Part shown: piece after piece, positions 41,243 to 53,934 of the stretch
Layout: each line of letters starts with the position of its first letter
Position numbering within the stretch: position 1 is the stretch's first letter
Assembly: GCF_006345805.1 (NCBI RefSeq)
Contig: NC_043022.1
Coordinates: 7,564,001-7,628,000 of the forward strand
Reading direction: 5' to 3'
DNA: 64,000 nucleotides
From: Octopus sinensis
Lineage: Eukaryota
Program-made: the position numbers and the translations under genes
Notes under the pieces: model-generated
Told to the model about the DNA's origin: nothing
What the model saw: only the letters and a program-made list of their open reading frames with translations
The model's database searches: none

Positions 41243-42273
41243 GAACAAGGAGAGAAAATAAAGAATGTGTAGGGTAGCGTAGATGGTAGATAGCGATAGG
41301 TAGGTAGGGAGGTAGGTAGGTAGTAGGTAGGTAGGTAGATAGGTTGAGGTAGTAGGTAGGTATGTAGGTAGATAGGTAGGTAGGTAGGTAGGTATGTATG
41401 TATGTAGGTAGGTAGGTAGGTAGGTAGGTAGGTAGGTAGGTAAGTAAGTAAAGAACAAGAGAGAGAAAATACACAAGAACGGGGCATCAACAACGAGTAA
41501 AAAATACGTAAACACATAATGAGAGACAAGTACGGGACAAAATACCGAAAGCAGTGTAACCTCTCTTCAGTTGTCGACTGTCAATTACTCCCTATTTCGA
41601 ACTCTCTCTCTCTCTCCATCTATCTATCTATATCTGTGTGTGTGTGTGTGGAACAAAAACGCAACAGAAGACAATAAAACATTCCGATAGATAGACGATA
41701 CAAAGGCGGACAAGAGAAACAACAATTAGAAGGACAGGCAAAAAAAAAAGACGAGCCAATCGTGGCCTTCTTTCCGACTTTGCCTTTCAATCCTCCCGAG
41801 ATCGATAGAATATGTACCAGCTGAGCGCTGGGGTCGATGAAATCGATTTACCCCCGACCCGCACAAAATTGCGGATCTCTCATACCCATAATAGAAAAGG
41901 ATGATTATTATTATTATTATTATTATTATTATTTTTTATGAAAGGTGGGTGAATTGTGCGAGACTGGCCAGTATAAATGGACCAGTTCTCAGGTTTCGCC
42001 TGTGATTTCAAAGGGGTAATATAAAAGGAGAAAAAAGGGACTCTCTACCCCCCTTTTTTTGACCAGGCTCCCGTTGGCTTTTGTGGGGTTTTTTCCACCA
42101 GGAACCTTTCGTAACGCCTCCCCCTTTTGGGAGTTTTTCATTGTTAATTTTTTAATTGTTATAAGGTTTTTACTCGGATTTTTTAACAAACGGACAAAAC
42201 CCTTTGTAACCTTTCGTCCTGTTTTGTCCCTTTATGTAATCATGTGTGTCAGCCCTTGTGGCCAATAAAAAGA

Positions 42274-42303
42274 ATTATTATTATTATTATTATTATTATT
42301 GTG

Positions 42304-42344
<41 letters not shown>

Positions 42345-42546
42345 GACTTCTTCTACTACTACTACTACTACTTCTACTACTTCTACTGCTACTACTACTT
42401 CTACTACTACTACTACTACTACTACTTCTATACTACTTCTACTACTACTACTACTACTGCTACTTCTTCTTCTACTACTACTACTACTACTTCTACTACT
42501 ACTACTACTTCTACTACTACTACTACTACTTCTACTACTACTACTT

Positions 42547-42610
<64 letters not shown>

Positions 42611-42612
42611 CA
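42274..42612. repeat. (ATT)n plus (CTA/CTT)n microsatellite
   Basis: Direct reading. Confidence 0.95.
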
Positions 42613-43278
42613 TTATTTATATTGGATTTTCATTTTTTTAATCTTTATTTCTTTTTTTTTCTCCTTCCTCTAGGCAAAGTAGTTTCGAGCGGGATTACCA
42701 TTCGTCAGAAGAACAAATTGGTAAGTTACACAATCGTCTTCTTCTTCTTCTTTTTCCTCTATCTTCATCTTTTTTTTTCTCCTTTTTTTGGCTTTTACAT
42801 TTTTTTTATTCGACAATCATAATGATACATATATACACACATAGGTATAGATATATACATGCGTGCGCGCGCACACACATTTACACACATTTGTAGATAT
42901 AGACTCACACACGCGCACACATATGTATAGATTTATACACGTGCGCGCACACGCACTTCATATGTATATATATATGTATATATGTATGTCTATATATGTA
43001 TATATATATGTGTGTGTGTGTGTATATATGTGTATATGTGTGTGTATATATGTATATATGTGTGTGTATATGTATGTATGTATATATATATATATATGTA
43101 TATATGTGTATGTACATATGTGTATATATGTGTGTGTATATGTGTATATATATATGTGGATATGTGTATATGTATATATGTACATATGAGTATGTATGTA
43201 TGTATGTATATATATATATATGTGCGAGTGTGTGTGTGTATATATCTATATATATATACATGTGTGTGTATATATGCG

Positions 43279-43321
<43 letters not shown>

Positions 43322-44009
43322 GTGTATGTAGATGTGTGTATATATGTGCATATATATATAGGTATGTGTGTGTATATATATATGATATGTAGATGTGTGT
43401 ATATATATATACATACACACAGTGATATGTGTATACCCAACTGCACACCCACACACCCACAGATGTCTGAAATTCACACAGTCATCTGATATATTTGAAA
43501 AGGTCCCTTCCTCCAGTAAATGGCTGAAAGTCAATATATTTGATATTAATACAAGCCACGAATGGCGGATGTATTTGATATCAAGCAAGAAGAGTAATGG
43601 GGTAATCCGAGTGACTCAGAGTAAGTGAGCAAGCGTGAGGGGAGTATAGAGTAACCCCTACTAATGAGCGCCGCTATAGAACCCTAACACCTCAAGGGGT
43701 CTTGGATTTTTGTTAATTTTTTTAATGATTTTTTTTTGTCTTTTTTATGTTTTGTTCTTTATTTGTTTCAGTGATAAGATTGCGGCCGAGTTGGGGCACC
43801 GCCTTGAAGTATTTTAGTCGGGCGAATCGACCCCATTACTTGCTTTTTATTATTATTATTATTATTTTTTTTTTTTTTTTTTTTAAGCTTGGTGCTTATT
43901 ATATCGGTCCATTTTACCGAACTGCTATGTTACGGGAACGTAAACACACCAAGCAGGAGTAGGGGACCAACACAGACACAAAGATGCACGCGCACACACA
44001 TTGATATAG

Positions 44010-44310
44010 ATGGTCCAGTGGTTAGAGCAGCGGACTCGCGGTCGTAGGATCGCGGTTTCGATTTCCACACTGGACGTTGTGAGTGTTTATTGAGCGAAAA
44101 CACCTAAAGCTCCACGAGGCTCCGGCAGGGGGGGGGCAATCCCTGCTTTTCTCTTTCGCCACAATTTTCACTCACTCTTTCTTCTGTTGGCCTGCTCACT
44201 TAGCCAGCGGAGTGGTGTCACTTGAAGGCTATAAAACAATGCGAAGCGCATTGTGACCAGCGATGTGTAGCAACATCTGATAGCCTGGTCGGTCACATGA
44301 TCACGTGATA
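44010..44310 (+). mobile_element. SINE family C, tail type 1
   Basis: tRNA-like head with A and B boxes; tail ends CACATGATCACGTGATA. Confidence 0.85.
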
Positions 44311-44659
44311 TATATATGTGTGTGTGTGTGTATCTTTTCTTTGCGCCCTTTTTAAAGCCTAGCCAGGCTCATGGCCCGGTTTCCATGGCGCGAGTCTGCT
44401 GCCCTAACCACTGGGCCATTACGCCTCCACTGAAATATTAGTACATATATGCAAGAAAGAATTAAGTACAAGAAGATAAAATAGTTTTGAAATATAAGAA
44501 GCATTTAACAGATAAGAATACGTATAACTTTTTAACATCATCTCCATTCGTAGAGTTTGTTGCTGTCTTGTGATTTATTGTCTGTTAAGAGGGAATCTAA
44601 TTCATTTAATTTTTGGGAAGTCGTTGAGGATTACGAAATTGAATGTAAGAAAATATATT

Positions 44660-45441
44660 TCCTTACAAGGGGCTAAACATAGAGGGGACAAACAAGGACA
44701 GACAAACGGGATTAAGTCGATTATATCGACCCCAGTGCGTAACTGGTACTTAATTTATCGACCCCGAAAGGATGAAAGGCAAAGTTGTCCTCGGCGGAAT
44801 TTGAACTCAGAACGTAAAGACAGACGAAATACCTATTTCTATTTCTTTATTACCCACAAGGGGCTAAACACAGAGGGGACAAACAAGGACAGACAAACGG
44901 ATTAAGTCGATTATATCGACCCCAGTGCGTAACTGGTACTTAATTTATCGACCCCGAAAGGATGAAAGGCAAAGTCGTCCTCGGCGGAATTTGAACTCAG
45001 AACGTAAAGACAGACGAAATACCTATTTCTATTTCTTTATTACCCACAAGGGGCTAAACACAGAGGAGGACAGACAAACGGATTAAGTCGATTATATCGA
45101 CCCCAGTGCGTAACTGGTACTTAGTTTATCGACCCCGAAAGGATGAAAGGCAAAGTCGTCCTCGGTGGAATTTGAACTCAACGTAACGGCAGACGAAATA
45201 CCTATTTCTATTTCTTTACTACCCACAAGGGGCTAAACACAGAGGGGACAAACAAGGACAGACAAACGGATTAAGTCAATTAGATCGACCCCAGTGCGTA
45301 ACTGGTACTTGATTTATCGACCCCGAAAGGATGAAAGGCAAAGTCGACCTAGGCGGAATTTGAACCCAGAACGTAACGGCAGACGAAATACGGCTATGCA
45401 TTTCGCCCGGCATGCTAACGTTTCTGCCAGCTCGCCGCCTT
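44660..45441 (-). mobile_element. SINE family B, one head plus 4 tandem bodies
   Basis: Four ~180-190 bp units. Confidence 0.9.
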
Positions 45442-45609
45442 TGACTGTAAGAAAATGGTCGTTCAACCTTTTTTTTTTTTTTTCGAAATGATTGAAGGAA
45501 ACTGAGTTGGACTGTGTCTGTAAGTTGTGAGAGTTCGAGGTATATATAGGTAGGTATTAAAAGAAGTAGCGTATATCAAAGAAAAAGTATGAATTTCCAT
45601 TCTTTCTGT

Positions 45610-45865
45610 CTTGCCAACCTCAGGTGGCTTGGGCAAGTCACCCGCTCATCTGGGATGGCCAAAACAAACCTTCAGGGAACAGTCAAAGATGGCAGAGGCA
45701 GACAGAGAAAGAGGTGGAAAAACAACATCCGTCAGTGGACAGGCTTAAAGATAAGAGACGCAGTGCGAGAGGGAGAAGGCTGACAGGTGGAGGGATCTGG
45801 TCACTAGGTCATCAGTGGTGTTCCAACGGCCAGCCAGACTACAGGATATGCAACGTGATATAATG
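45610..45865 (+). mobile_element. RTE-clade LINE 3' fragment
   Basis: LRWLGQVTRSSGMAKTNLQGTVKDGRGRQRKRWKNNIRQWTG matches the RTE C-terminal L.W.GHV.R...K..LQG...G.R.RGR...RW motif. Confidence 0.8.
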
Positions 45866-45949
45866 TTTGATACGTCCTGAGTAAGACGTATAAAGATTTC
45901 CTTTCATAAGTCTCAGGTGGCTGAAAAACGGAATATGGATCGTATATAT

Positions 45950-46818
45950 AATAATAATAATAATGAAATTATTGTATACAGTGCTCAGCTGCACCACAAC
46001 TTGTCAAAAGTGCGTATAAAGCATATGCAGTAATGTACAAATGCCTGGACAGCGAACAGTGTATGAGTCAGATACATGCTTGTGTGTGTATGGAGGGGAG
46101 AAAATCAGGTGTAGTGTTGGTGAATCTCAGGAAGCATGGAAGTTTTGAAGGATGCAGTGCTCCGACAACTAACAACTGATGCCGGTAGTTTGTTCCATGC
46201 TTCAGCAACTCTTAGCGCGAAAAGGTTTTCTGAAAGTCATGGGAGCTGTGTTGTTTTCTTACTTTGTAAATATGTCCACGGGTGTTAGATGGGTGGAGTT
46301 TGAAAAGGTGCTCAGAGTTATTGTTAGTAAGATGGTTAATAATTTTATGGGCGTCTGCCAAGTCAGCTGCAAGACGTCGGAGTTTCAATGTGTCCATACC
46401 CAGGGAAGTAAGGCATTCAGAATATGGCAAATGCCTGATGGAGGGTATTCTCTTGAATCAGATACATGCTTGCATGTGTATGGAGGGGAGAAAGTCAGGT
46501 GTAGTGTTGGCGAATCTCAGAAAGCATGGAAGTTTTAAAGGATGCAGTGCTCCGACAACTAACAACTAATGCCGGCAGTTTGTTCCATGCTTCAGCAACT
46601 CTTAGCGCGAAAAGGTGTTTCTGAAAGTCATGGAAGGAGCTGTGCTGTTTTCTGACTTTGTAAACATGTCCACGGGTGTTAGACGGGTGGAGTTTGAAAA
46701 GGTGCTCAGAGTTATTGTTAGTAAGATGGTTAATAATTTTATGGGTGTCTGCCAAGTCAGCTGCCAGACGTCGGAGTTTCAATGTGTCCATGCCCAGGGA
46801 AGTAAGGCGTTCATATAA
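45950..46818 (-). mobile_element. Two tandem CR1-clade LINE 3' fragments (45950-46435 with ATT tail; 46457-46818)
   Basis: YERLTSLGMDTLKLRRLAADL..HKIIN...TRGH.YKV...LRVAEAWNKLP..VV....ASFK is a typical CR1 ORF2 C-terminus. Confidence 0.9.
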
Positions 46819-47525
46819 TGCGTAAACACCAGAAAAGTGAAAAATGTCCTTTGTATCATGTGGCATACATAGGAAAGGCAAAGTGTTAAGCGTTATTATT
46901 GCCGTCAGTGACAAGAAACGGTTTAACATTTCTCAATAAACTACTTTCTTTTGGCATTGATAGAATTAAAACGCTATTCTCCAAGACTTCCATTGAAATC
47001 GTTTTTATTCTAAAGCAATGCAGCCTGGACAATAGCAGAGAGACTGGCAGAAAAAGATAAATGTTGGACATCGATTGATCTCTTTTGCGATTTTCACCTG
47101 GAGTTCATTTTCTTCAGTGAATAAATAATGGACGGTTAATTGTAAGAGCGCAGACGTTCTCCGCTGATATCGTTTTATGCTTTAAAAAGATTATTTTTGA
47201 TTGGACAGGCCTTGAGAAGATTAAATATACTTCTCTGATATGCCATGGATAGTCATTCCACGGGTTAATGAGGATCTAGCCAGATGTAATATTTAGGGGG
47301 AAGTTGCTGATTTTAGAATAGATAATACCTAACAGCGAAAGGAAAATGGACGTAGCTGAGCATAATATGGAGACGAGATAAAAGATGTCGAAGATAAAAG
47401 CAAATATACATGAAAATAGCTACAGACGACAATCGTAACCAAATCAAGATTTCTGTTTTGCTAAATAAAAATAAGGATCTTTTCGGTTTGACCGGCAGAT
47501 TTTAAAAATAATTTCTATGTAACTA

Positions 47526-47930
47526 GGCGCAGGAGTGGCTGTGTGGAAAGTAGCTTGTTTACCAACCGCATGGTTCCGGGTTCAGTCCCACTGCGTGGCA
47601 CCTTGGGCAAGTGTCTTCTACTATAGCCTCGGGCCGACCAAAGCCTTGTGAGTGGATTTGGTAGACGGAAACTGAAAGAAACCTGTCGTATATATGTATA
47701 TATATATATATATGTGTATGTGTGTTTGTGTGTCTGTGTTTGTCCCCCTAGCATTGCTTGACAACCGATGCTGGTGTGTTTATGTCCCCCGTTACCTAGC
47801 GGTTCGGCAAAAGAGACCGATAGAATAAGTACTGGGCTTACAAAGAATAAGTCCCGGGGTCGAGTTGCTCGATTAAAAGGCAGTGCTCCAGCATGGCCAC
47901 AGTCAAATGACTGAAACAAATAAAAGAAAA
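47526..47930 (+). mobile_element. SINE family A, near-consensus
   Basis: Full head, microsatellite and tail. Confidence 0.9.
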
Positions 47931-48112
47931 AAATATATATATATATTATTTATTCTTAAACAAGAATGTTATTGGCAGTGATTTCGGAGTTTTAGCCAAT
48001 TAAGCCATCGTCGTATGTGTGTTTTCACTACCATCCAGCCACTGCCTGACAACCGGTATTGGTTTGTTTACGTCTCAGTTACGTTTTCGGTTCGGCATAA
48101 GATGACCGATGG

Positions 48113-49205
48113 ACGGCGGCGAGCTGGCAGAATCGTTAGCACGCCGGGCGAAATGCGTAGCCGTATTTCGTCTGCCGCTACGTTCTGAGTTCAAATTCCG
48201 CCGAGGTCGACTTTGCCTTTCATCCTCTCGTGGTCGATAAATAAAGTACCAGTTACGCACTGGTGTCGATGTAATCGACTTAATCCGTTTGTCTGTCCTT
48301 GTTTGTCCTCTCTGTGTTTAGCCCCTTGTGGGTAGTAGTAAAGAAATAGGTATTTCGTTTGCCGTTACGTTCTGAGTTCAAATTCCGCCGAGGTCGACTT
48401 TGCATTTTATCCTTTCGGGGTCGATTAGATAAGTACCAGTTTCGCACTGGTGTCGATGTAATCGACTTAATCCGTTTGTCTGTCCTTGTTTGTCCTCTCT
48501 GTGTTTAGCCCTTTGTGGGTAGTAAAGAAATAGGTATTTCGTTTGCCGTTACGTTCTGAGTTCAAATTCCGCCGAGGTTGACTTTGCATTTTATCCTTTC
48601 GGGGTCGATAAATTAAGGACCAGTTACGCACAGGGGTCGATATAATTGACTTAATCCGTTTGTCTGTCCTTGTTTGTCCTCTCTGTGTTTAGCCCTTTGT
48701 GGGTAGTAAAGAAATAGGTATTTCGTTTGCCGTTACGTTCTGAGTTCAAATTCCGCCGAGGTTGACTTTGCATTTTATCCTTTCGGGGTCGATAAATTAA
48801 GGACCAGTTACGCACAGGGGTCGATATAATTGACTTAATCCGTTTGTCTGTCCTTGTTTGTCCTCTCTGTGTTTAGCCCCTTGTGGGTAGTAGTAAAGAA
48901 ATAGGTATTTCGTTTGCCGTTACGTTCTGAGTTCAAATTCCGCCGAGGTCGACTTTGCATTTTATCCTTTCGGGGTCGATTAGATAAGTACCAGTTTCGC
49001 ACTGGTGTCGATGTAATCGACTTAATCCGTTTGTCTGTCCTTGTTTGTCCTCTCTGTGTTTAGCCCCTTGTGGGTAGTAGTAAAGAAATAGGTATTTCGT
49101 TTGCTGTTACGTTCTGAGTTCAAATTCCGCCGAGGTCGACTTTGCATTTTATCCTTTCGGGGTCGATTAGATAAGTTTAGCCCCTTGTGGGTAGTAAAGA
49201 AATAG
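48113..49205 (+). mobile_element. SINE family B, one head plus 6 tandem bodies (last internally deleted), nested in a SINE A tail
   Basis: Units of ~185 bp starting at (G)GTATTTCG. Confidence 0.9.
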
Positions 49206-50594
49206 GAATGTGTGCCGGACTTTAAAATAAACTAGTTACTAAGGTTGATTTGTGCATATAAAACACTTGAAATAAACCTCCAAGGCGGTGCCGTGGCATG
49301 GCCCAGTAAAAGACAAATTATTAGCCGAAAACGGCCGGAACACTTTGTGTTGGTGGAAGAGACGGATCTTTCGCGTTTATCCTTGGGTGAAAAAGCGACA
49401 CCAACACACACACACGCACACGTTATTCAACAGGGTACAAGGGAGATAACTAATGCTAATAATTTGTCTAATGGAACAAAAATTAAGTTTGTTTTCTTTA
49501 TTTTTTTTTAATTAGAAATAAATAGTTTTTTTATGTTTTTTACATTATTTCTAATTCCATCTCGTAATTGGGAATCCAAATTAGAAGTCGTTAAATGTCT
49601 AAGGATTAGCATTGCTAATCCTTATGGTGTTCGGTATTGCAAGGGGATCAATTCGGTGAATGCGGTGCGTGTATTTTCCCAAGGGTTTTGCCCTCTGCCC
49701 CTCTCTCTCTACTTATCTCTCTCTCTCTATCTCTCCCTCTCTCTCTCCCTCCCTCTAGTTATCTATATCTATATCTCCCCCTCTTCTGTCCCTTTTTAGT
49801 CTGTCCTTCTTTCTCTCTTACCTCTCTCTCTATCTCTCCCCTTTCTGTTTCTTCTCTCCTTTTTCATTTTGTCTATCTCGCACCTCTCCCTCTCTCTCCT
49901 TCCTCTTCTCTCTTTTCATTTTCTCTTTTTCTCTCCCTATCTCCCCCTCTCTCTCTCTCTCTCTCTCTCCGTGTTTTGCATGTAATATGATTTAGTTACA
50001 AATATATAAACATAAGTACATTAATGTGAGTGTGTAGATAGAGAGAGAGAGAAAGAGAGAGAGATACATTGATAGAGAGATAGAGAGAGATACATACATA
50101 GAGAGATAGAGAGAGATACATACATAGCGAGATTGAGAAAGATATACATAGATAGACAGAGATACATAGAGAGAGAGATACATAGATAGAGAGAGAGAGA
50201 TACATAGAGAAAGATATACATAAAGATATACATAGATAGAGATACATAGATAGAGAGAGAAATACATAGAGAGAGAGATACACATAGATAGAGAGAGAGA
50301 TACATAGATTGAGAGAGATACATAGAGAAAGATATACATAGAGAGAGATATACATAGATAGAGAGAGATACATAGAGAGAGAGGTAGATATAATGTGGTA
50401 CTGTCTACAGTTATTCCTACTTTATCAACACATGCACCATTCATACTTATGTACATACAGTGTGTATATGTATGTATACACACATTTACACACACACACA
50501 CATATAATATTACATGAACAGAAGTGCCAGCCCTTTCCTTGTAAAAGGGGTATATAAGATAGATGTACCCTTCAGAACGCACTAAGAGGTTCTT

Positions 50595-51281
50595 CATATC
50601 GAGCCCTTCTGGGTATTAGCGCGCGTCTACGATGAGTCTACGATTTTAAAAATAATTTAACATCATTCTTTATTCCATTTTAATGCATAATTTTTCGTGT
50701 GTCGATGGGGTGGATTGTTGGCGTCCATGGTCACACCCTGCACCTGTTTTGCTTCTCCCCCTTCTTCCCTCCCTCATGAAGCTGTGGGGAAGGGAGTGTA
50801 AGGAAATAACATCGTAAAGCGTTGTCAAGGAGACCAGCGTTCTTTTAGAACGACTTCATGGCTTGCAGACACCAAAACAGAAATGGCTAAGAAAGCCTGA
50901 ATTGGCATCTATAAGGGAAGTAACTCTCTAAAAATGCTTATATAGTTATTTCCCTTACAAACCCGAGCAACGCCGGGCGATACTGCTAGTATATATATAA
51001 AAGTAAGGTTGTGTGTCTGTCTCCTACGATTTAGATTCCTAACTACTCCCACATTTTGCGATGCAGTTTAACCAAATTCGGGTATCTTATAGTCGTGATT
51101 CATATCAAGCCCTTCTGGGTATTAGTGCGCGTCTACGATGAGTCTACGATTTTAAAAATAATTTACCATCATCTTTTTCCATTTTAATGCACTTTTTCGC
51201 TATTTTTTGGCTATAACTCTCTAAAAATGCTTTATAGTTATTTCCCTTACAAACCCGAGCAACGCCGGGTGATACTGCTAG
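50595..51281 (+). mobile_element. Two head-to-tail non-autonomous Helitrons (CTAG ends at 50989 and 51281)
   Basis: Each ends CCCGAGCAACGCCGGG.GATACTGCTAG|T. Confidence 0.85.
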
Positions 51282-51315
51282 TATATATATATATTATATA
51301 TATATATACACACAT

Positions 51316-51364
<49 letters not shown>

Positions 51365-51499
51365 TACATACATATATATATATATACACACACACATATA
51401 CATACATATATATATATATACACACATACACACACACACATACACATACCTATACATATATATATATACACACACACCATTTCGACCCTGTGCTTCTGT

Positions 51500-51808
51500 A
51501 GATCCATTGAGTCAAGTACACCGACATCAAAATCAATGGAAACTACAGTTGTGATCCCTGAGCTGGTGGCACATAAAAAGCGCTATCCGAATCGTGGCCG
51601 TCGCCAGCCTCGCCTGGCACCTGTGCAGGTGGCACGTAAATAACACCCACTACACTCACGGAGTGGTTGGCGTTAGGAAGGGCATCCAGCTGTAGAAACA
51701 CTGCCAGATAAGACTGGAACCTGGTGCAGCGTCCTGGCTTCCCAGACCCCGGTCAAACCGTCCAACCCATGCTAGCATGGAGAACGGACGTTAAACGATG
51801 ATGATGAT
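51500..51808 (+). mobile_element. Retroposon family D 3' part with (GAT)n tail; other copies at 52580-52760 (+) and 54115-54625 (-)
   Basis: GGAGTGGTTGGCGTTAGGAAGGGCATCCAGCTGTAGAAAC...CCATGCTAGCATGG...GACGTTAAACGATGATG. Confidence 0.8.
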
Positions 51809-51834
51809 ACACATATACACACATATATGTATAT

Positions 51835-51865
<31 letters not shown>

Positions 51866-52097
51866 GTATACATAATATATTCAATTCCCAGACTTGGTGG
51901 TGCATTGTGCCCTTGAGCAAAACTCTTCATTTTACTTTGCTCCAGTTCCCTTTTGATCAAGGGGGAGTGTTGGCCTGCTCACCTAGCCAGTGGGGTGGCA
52001 TCATTTGATGGCTAAAACAATGCAAAGTGCATTGTGACCAGTGATGTATAACAGCATCTGATAGTCTAGTTGATCACATGATGTGTATATATATATG

Positions 52098-52410
52098 TGG
52101 AGGCGCAATGGCCCAGTGGTTAGGGCAGCAAACTTGCAGTCGTAGGATCGCAGTTTCGATTCCCAGACCAGGCATTGTGAGTGTTTATTGAGCAAAAATA
52201 CCTAAAGCTCCACGAGGCTCCGGCAGGGGATGGTGGCGATCCCTGCTGTACTCTTTCGCTACAACTTTCTCTCACACTTTCTTCTGTTGGCCTGCTTGCT
52301 TAGCCAGTGGGGTTGCGTCATTTGAAGGCTAAAACAATGCGAAGTGCATTGTGACCAGCGATGTGTAGCAACATCTGATAGCCAGGTCGGTCACTGTGAT
52401 CATGGTGATA
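52098..52410 (+). mobile_element. SINE family C, tail type 1
   Basis: Full-length head and tail. Confidence 0.85.
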
Positions 52411-52417
52411 TATATAA

Positions 52418-52761
52418 AGTCACAGGTGTGGCTGTGTGGTAAGAAGCTTGCTTCCCAACCACATGGTTCCAGGCTCAGTCTTACTGTGTGGGACCACATG
52501 CAAGCGTCTTCTACTACAGCTTCATGCTGACCAGAGCCTCGTGAGTGTATTTGGTAGATGAAAACTGAAAGAAGCCCATCACATAAAAAGCACGCACTAC
52601 ACTCATGGAGTGGTTGGCATTAGGAAGGGCATCCATCAGTAGAAACACTGCCAGATCAGACCGGAACCTGGTGCAGCCTCCTGGCTTCCCAGACCCAGGT
52701 TGAACCATCCAACCCATGCTAGCCTGGAAAACAGATGTTAAACGGAGATGATGATGACATA

Positions 52762-52801
<40 letters not shown>

Positions 52802-53030
52802 GATTCGTGTCTATCTCTGTGTGTCTTTGTGTGTGTGTTTGTCCCCTCACCGCTCGTGTTGGGATGTTCATGTACCCCATAACTTGGGAGCTTGGCAAAA
52901 AAGCACCAATAGAATAAGTGCTAGGTTTTTAAAAAAATGATAAGGCCAAGGGGTCAATTTATTCAGCTAAAACCCTTCAAGGTGGTGCCCCAGTATGGCC
53001 ACAGTGAAATGACTGAAATACGTAAAAAAA
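52418..53030 (+). mobile_element. SINE family A with nested family D fragment
   Basis: A head, D insert at the internal microsatellite position, A tail. Confidence 0.75.
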
Positions 53031-53034
53031 AAGA

Positions 53035-53066
<32 letters not shown>

Positions 53067-53082
53067 TGTGTGTGTGTGTGTG

Positions 53083-53196
53083 TCAGTAGGAAGGGGGAGG
53101 AGGGGGAAATCGCTGTTCAACGACTGTCAGCTGATGAATTCTCCCAATATCCCCATATCACCGGTGATCCCTATTTCTGCCCGAGGCATGTGCGCC
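53083..53196. other. 114-bp element, copy 2 of 2
   Basis: See 38841-38954. Confidence 0.9.
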
Positions 53197-53560
53197 AGAG
53201 AGTTCAAAATGTGCAATGATTTATTTTAAGCCGTTGCTCCAATAATCATTATCATTTCTCAAACTGAAAGCACCTGTAAAATTAATTACAACAACAATGA
53301 TAATTACGTCGACTCTTACAAGAACAACAACTACGACAACAACAATAACAGCAATCACAACTTTAGCTTTATTTAATCCTTAATTAGGAACCACTAATTG
53401 ACTGTATATATAATTGGTTTTGGACTTTACGCATTAATTTTCCTTATTTACTTAATTTATGAAATTCCTTGATTAAGGCCACTTGACACAATCTTATTAA
53501 TTTAGAATCATTAAATGTTCATTAATATGTCCATTTGAATTACACTTTATAGTTTTTATT

Positions 53561-53934
53561 AGATGGCAAATATACTTCACATCGTTGTGCAGTTACTGTC
53601 TATACCTCAATCAGAGATTTATTATTGCTTGTTTACACTTTTTCAAGATCAGTGACGAAAAGTCACTGGAAAAAGGATATATGTATTTGCATTGGGACCC
53701 TTCCATCGAAAACCGGTGATTGTCGTGCGCTGATGACGGGTCAATACCCAGAAACTGCAGTCCGTGCGTATCACTTAGGTTGACGAGGGAAGGATGACCT
53801 CCCTTTGTAAATACCGATAGGGCACAGAAAGTGTGTCAATAGCCAGCTGGAGAAGATGTACTCCTGGGGCTACAAGCTACAGTAGCATCCACTCTTAGGG
53901 GTTAGCCATATTGAGATGGCAAATATACTTCACA
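53561..53934 (+). mobile_element. Candidate retrozyme or Penelope-type non-autonomous retroelement (353-bp period)
   Basis: Exact 21-bp direct repeat AGATGGCAAATATACTTCACA at 53561 and 53914 enclosing a hammerhead ribozyme. Confidence 0.55.
53715..53775 (+). ncRNA. Type I hammerhead ribozyme
   Basis: Stem I CGTGCG/CGTGCG (2 G-U) extended by GTGAT/ATCAC; CTGATGA; stem II GGGT-CAAT-ACCC (C.A at base); GAAA; palindromic stem III ACTGCAGT; GUC site, cut predicted after 53762. Confidence 0.8.

Noticed and set aside
41555-41602. Type II hammerhead in the ACAG.CGACAACTGA.GA family (also ~7270, ~11505, ~12425)
   Set aside because: A CUGANGA-like motif recurs, but stems I and III cannot be drawn convincingly
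52098-52175. tRNA gene
   Set aside because: A and B boxes are present, but it is a SINE head continuing into a repeated body
53100-53145. Hammerhead or C/D-box reading of the duplicated element (GAAA...CTGATGA)
   Set aside because: Stems do not form, and the other copy has CTGGTGA
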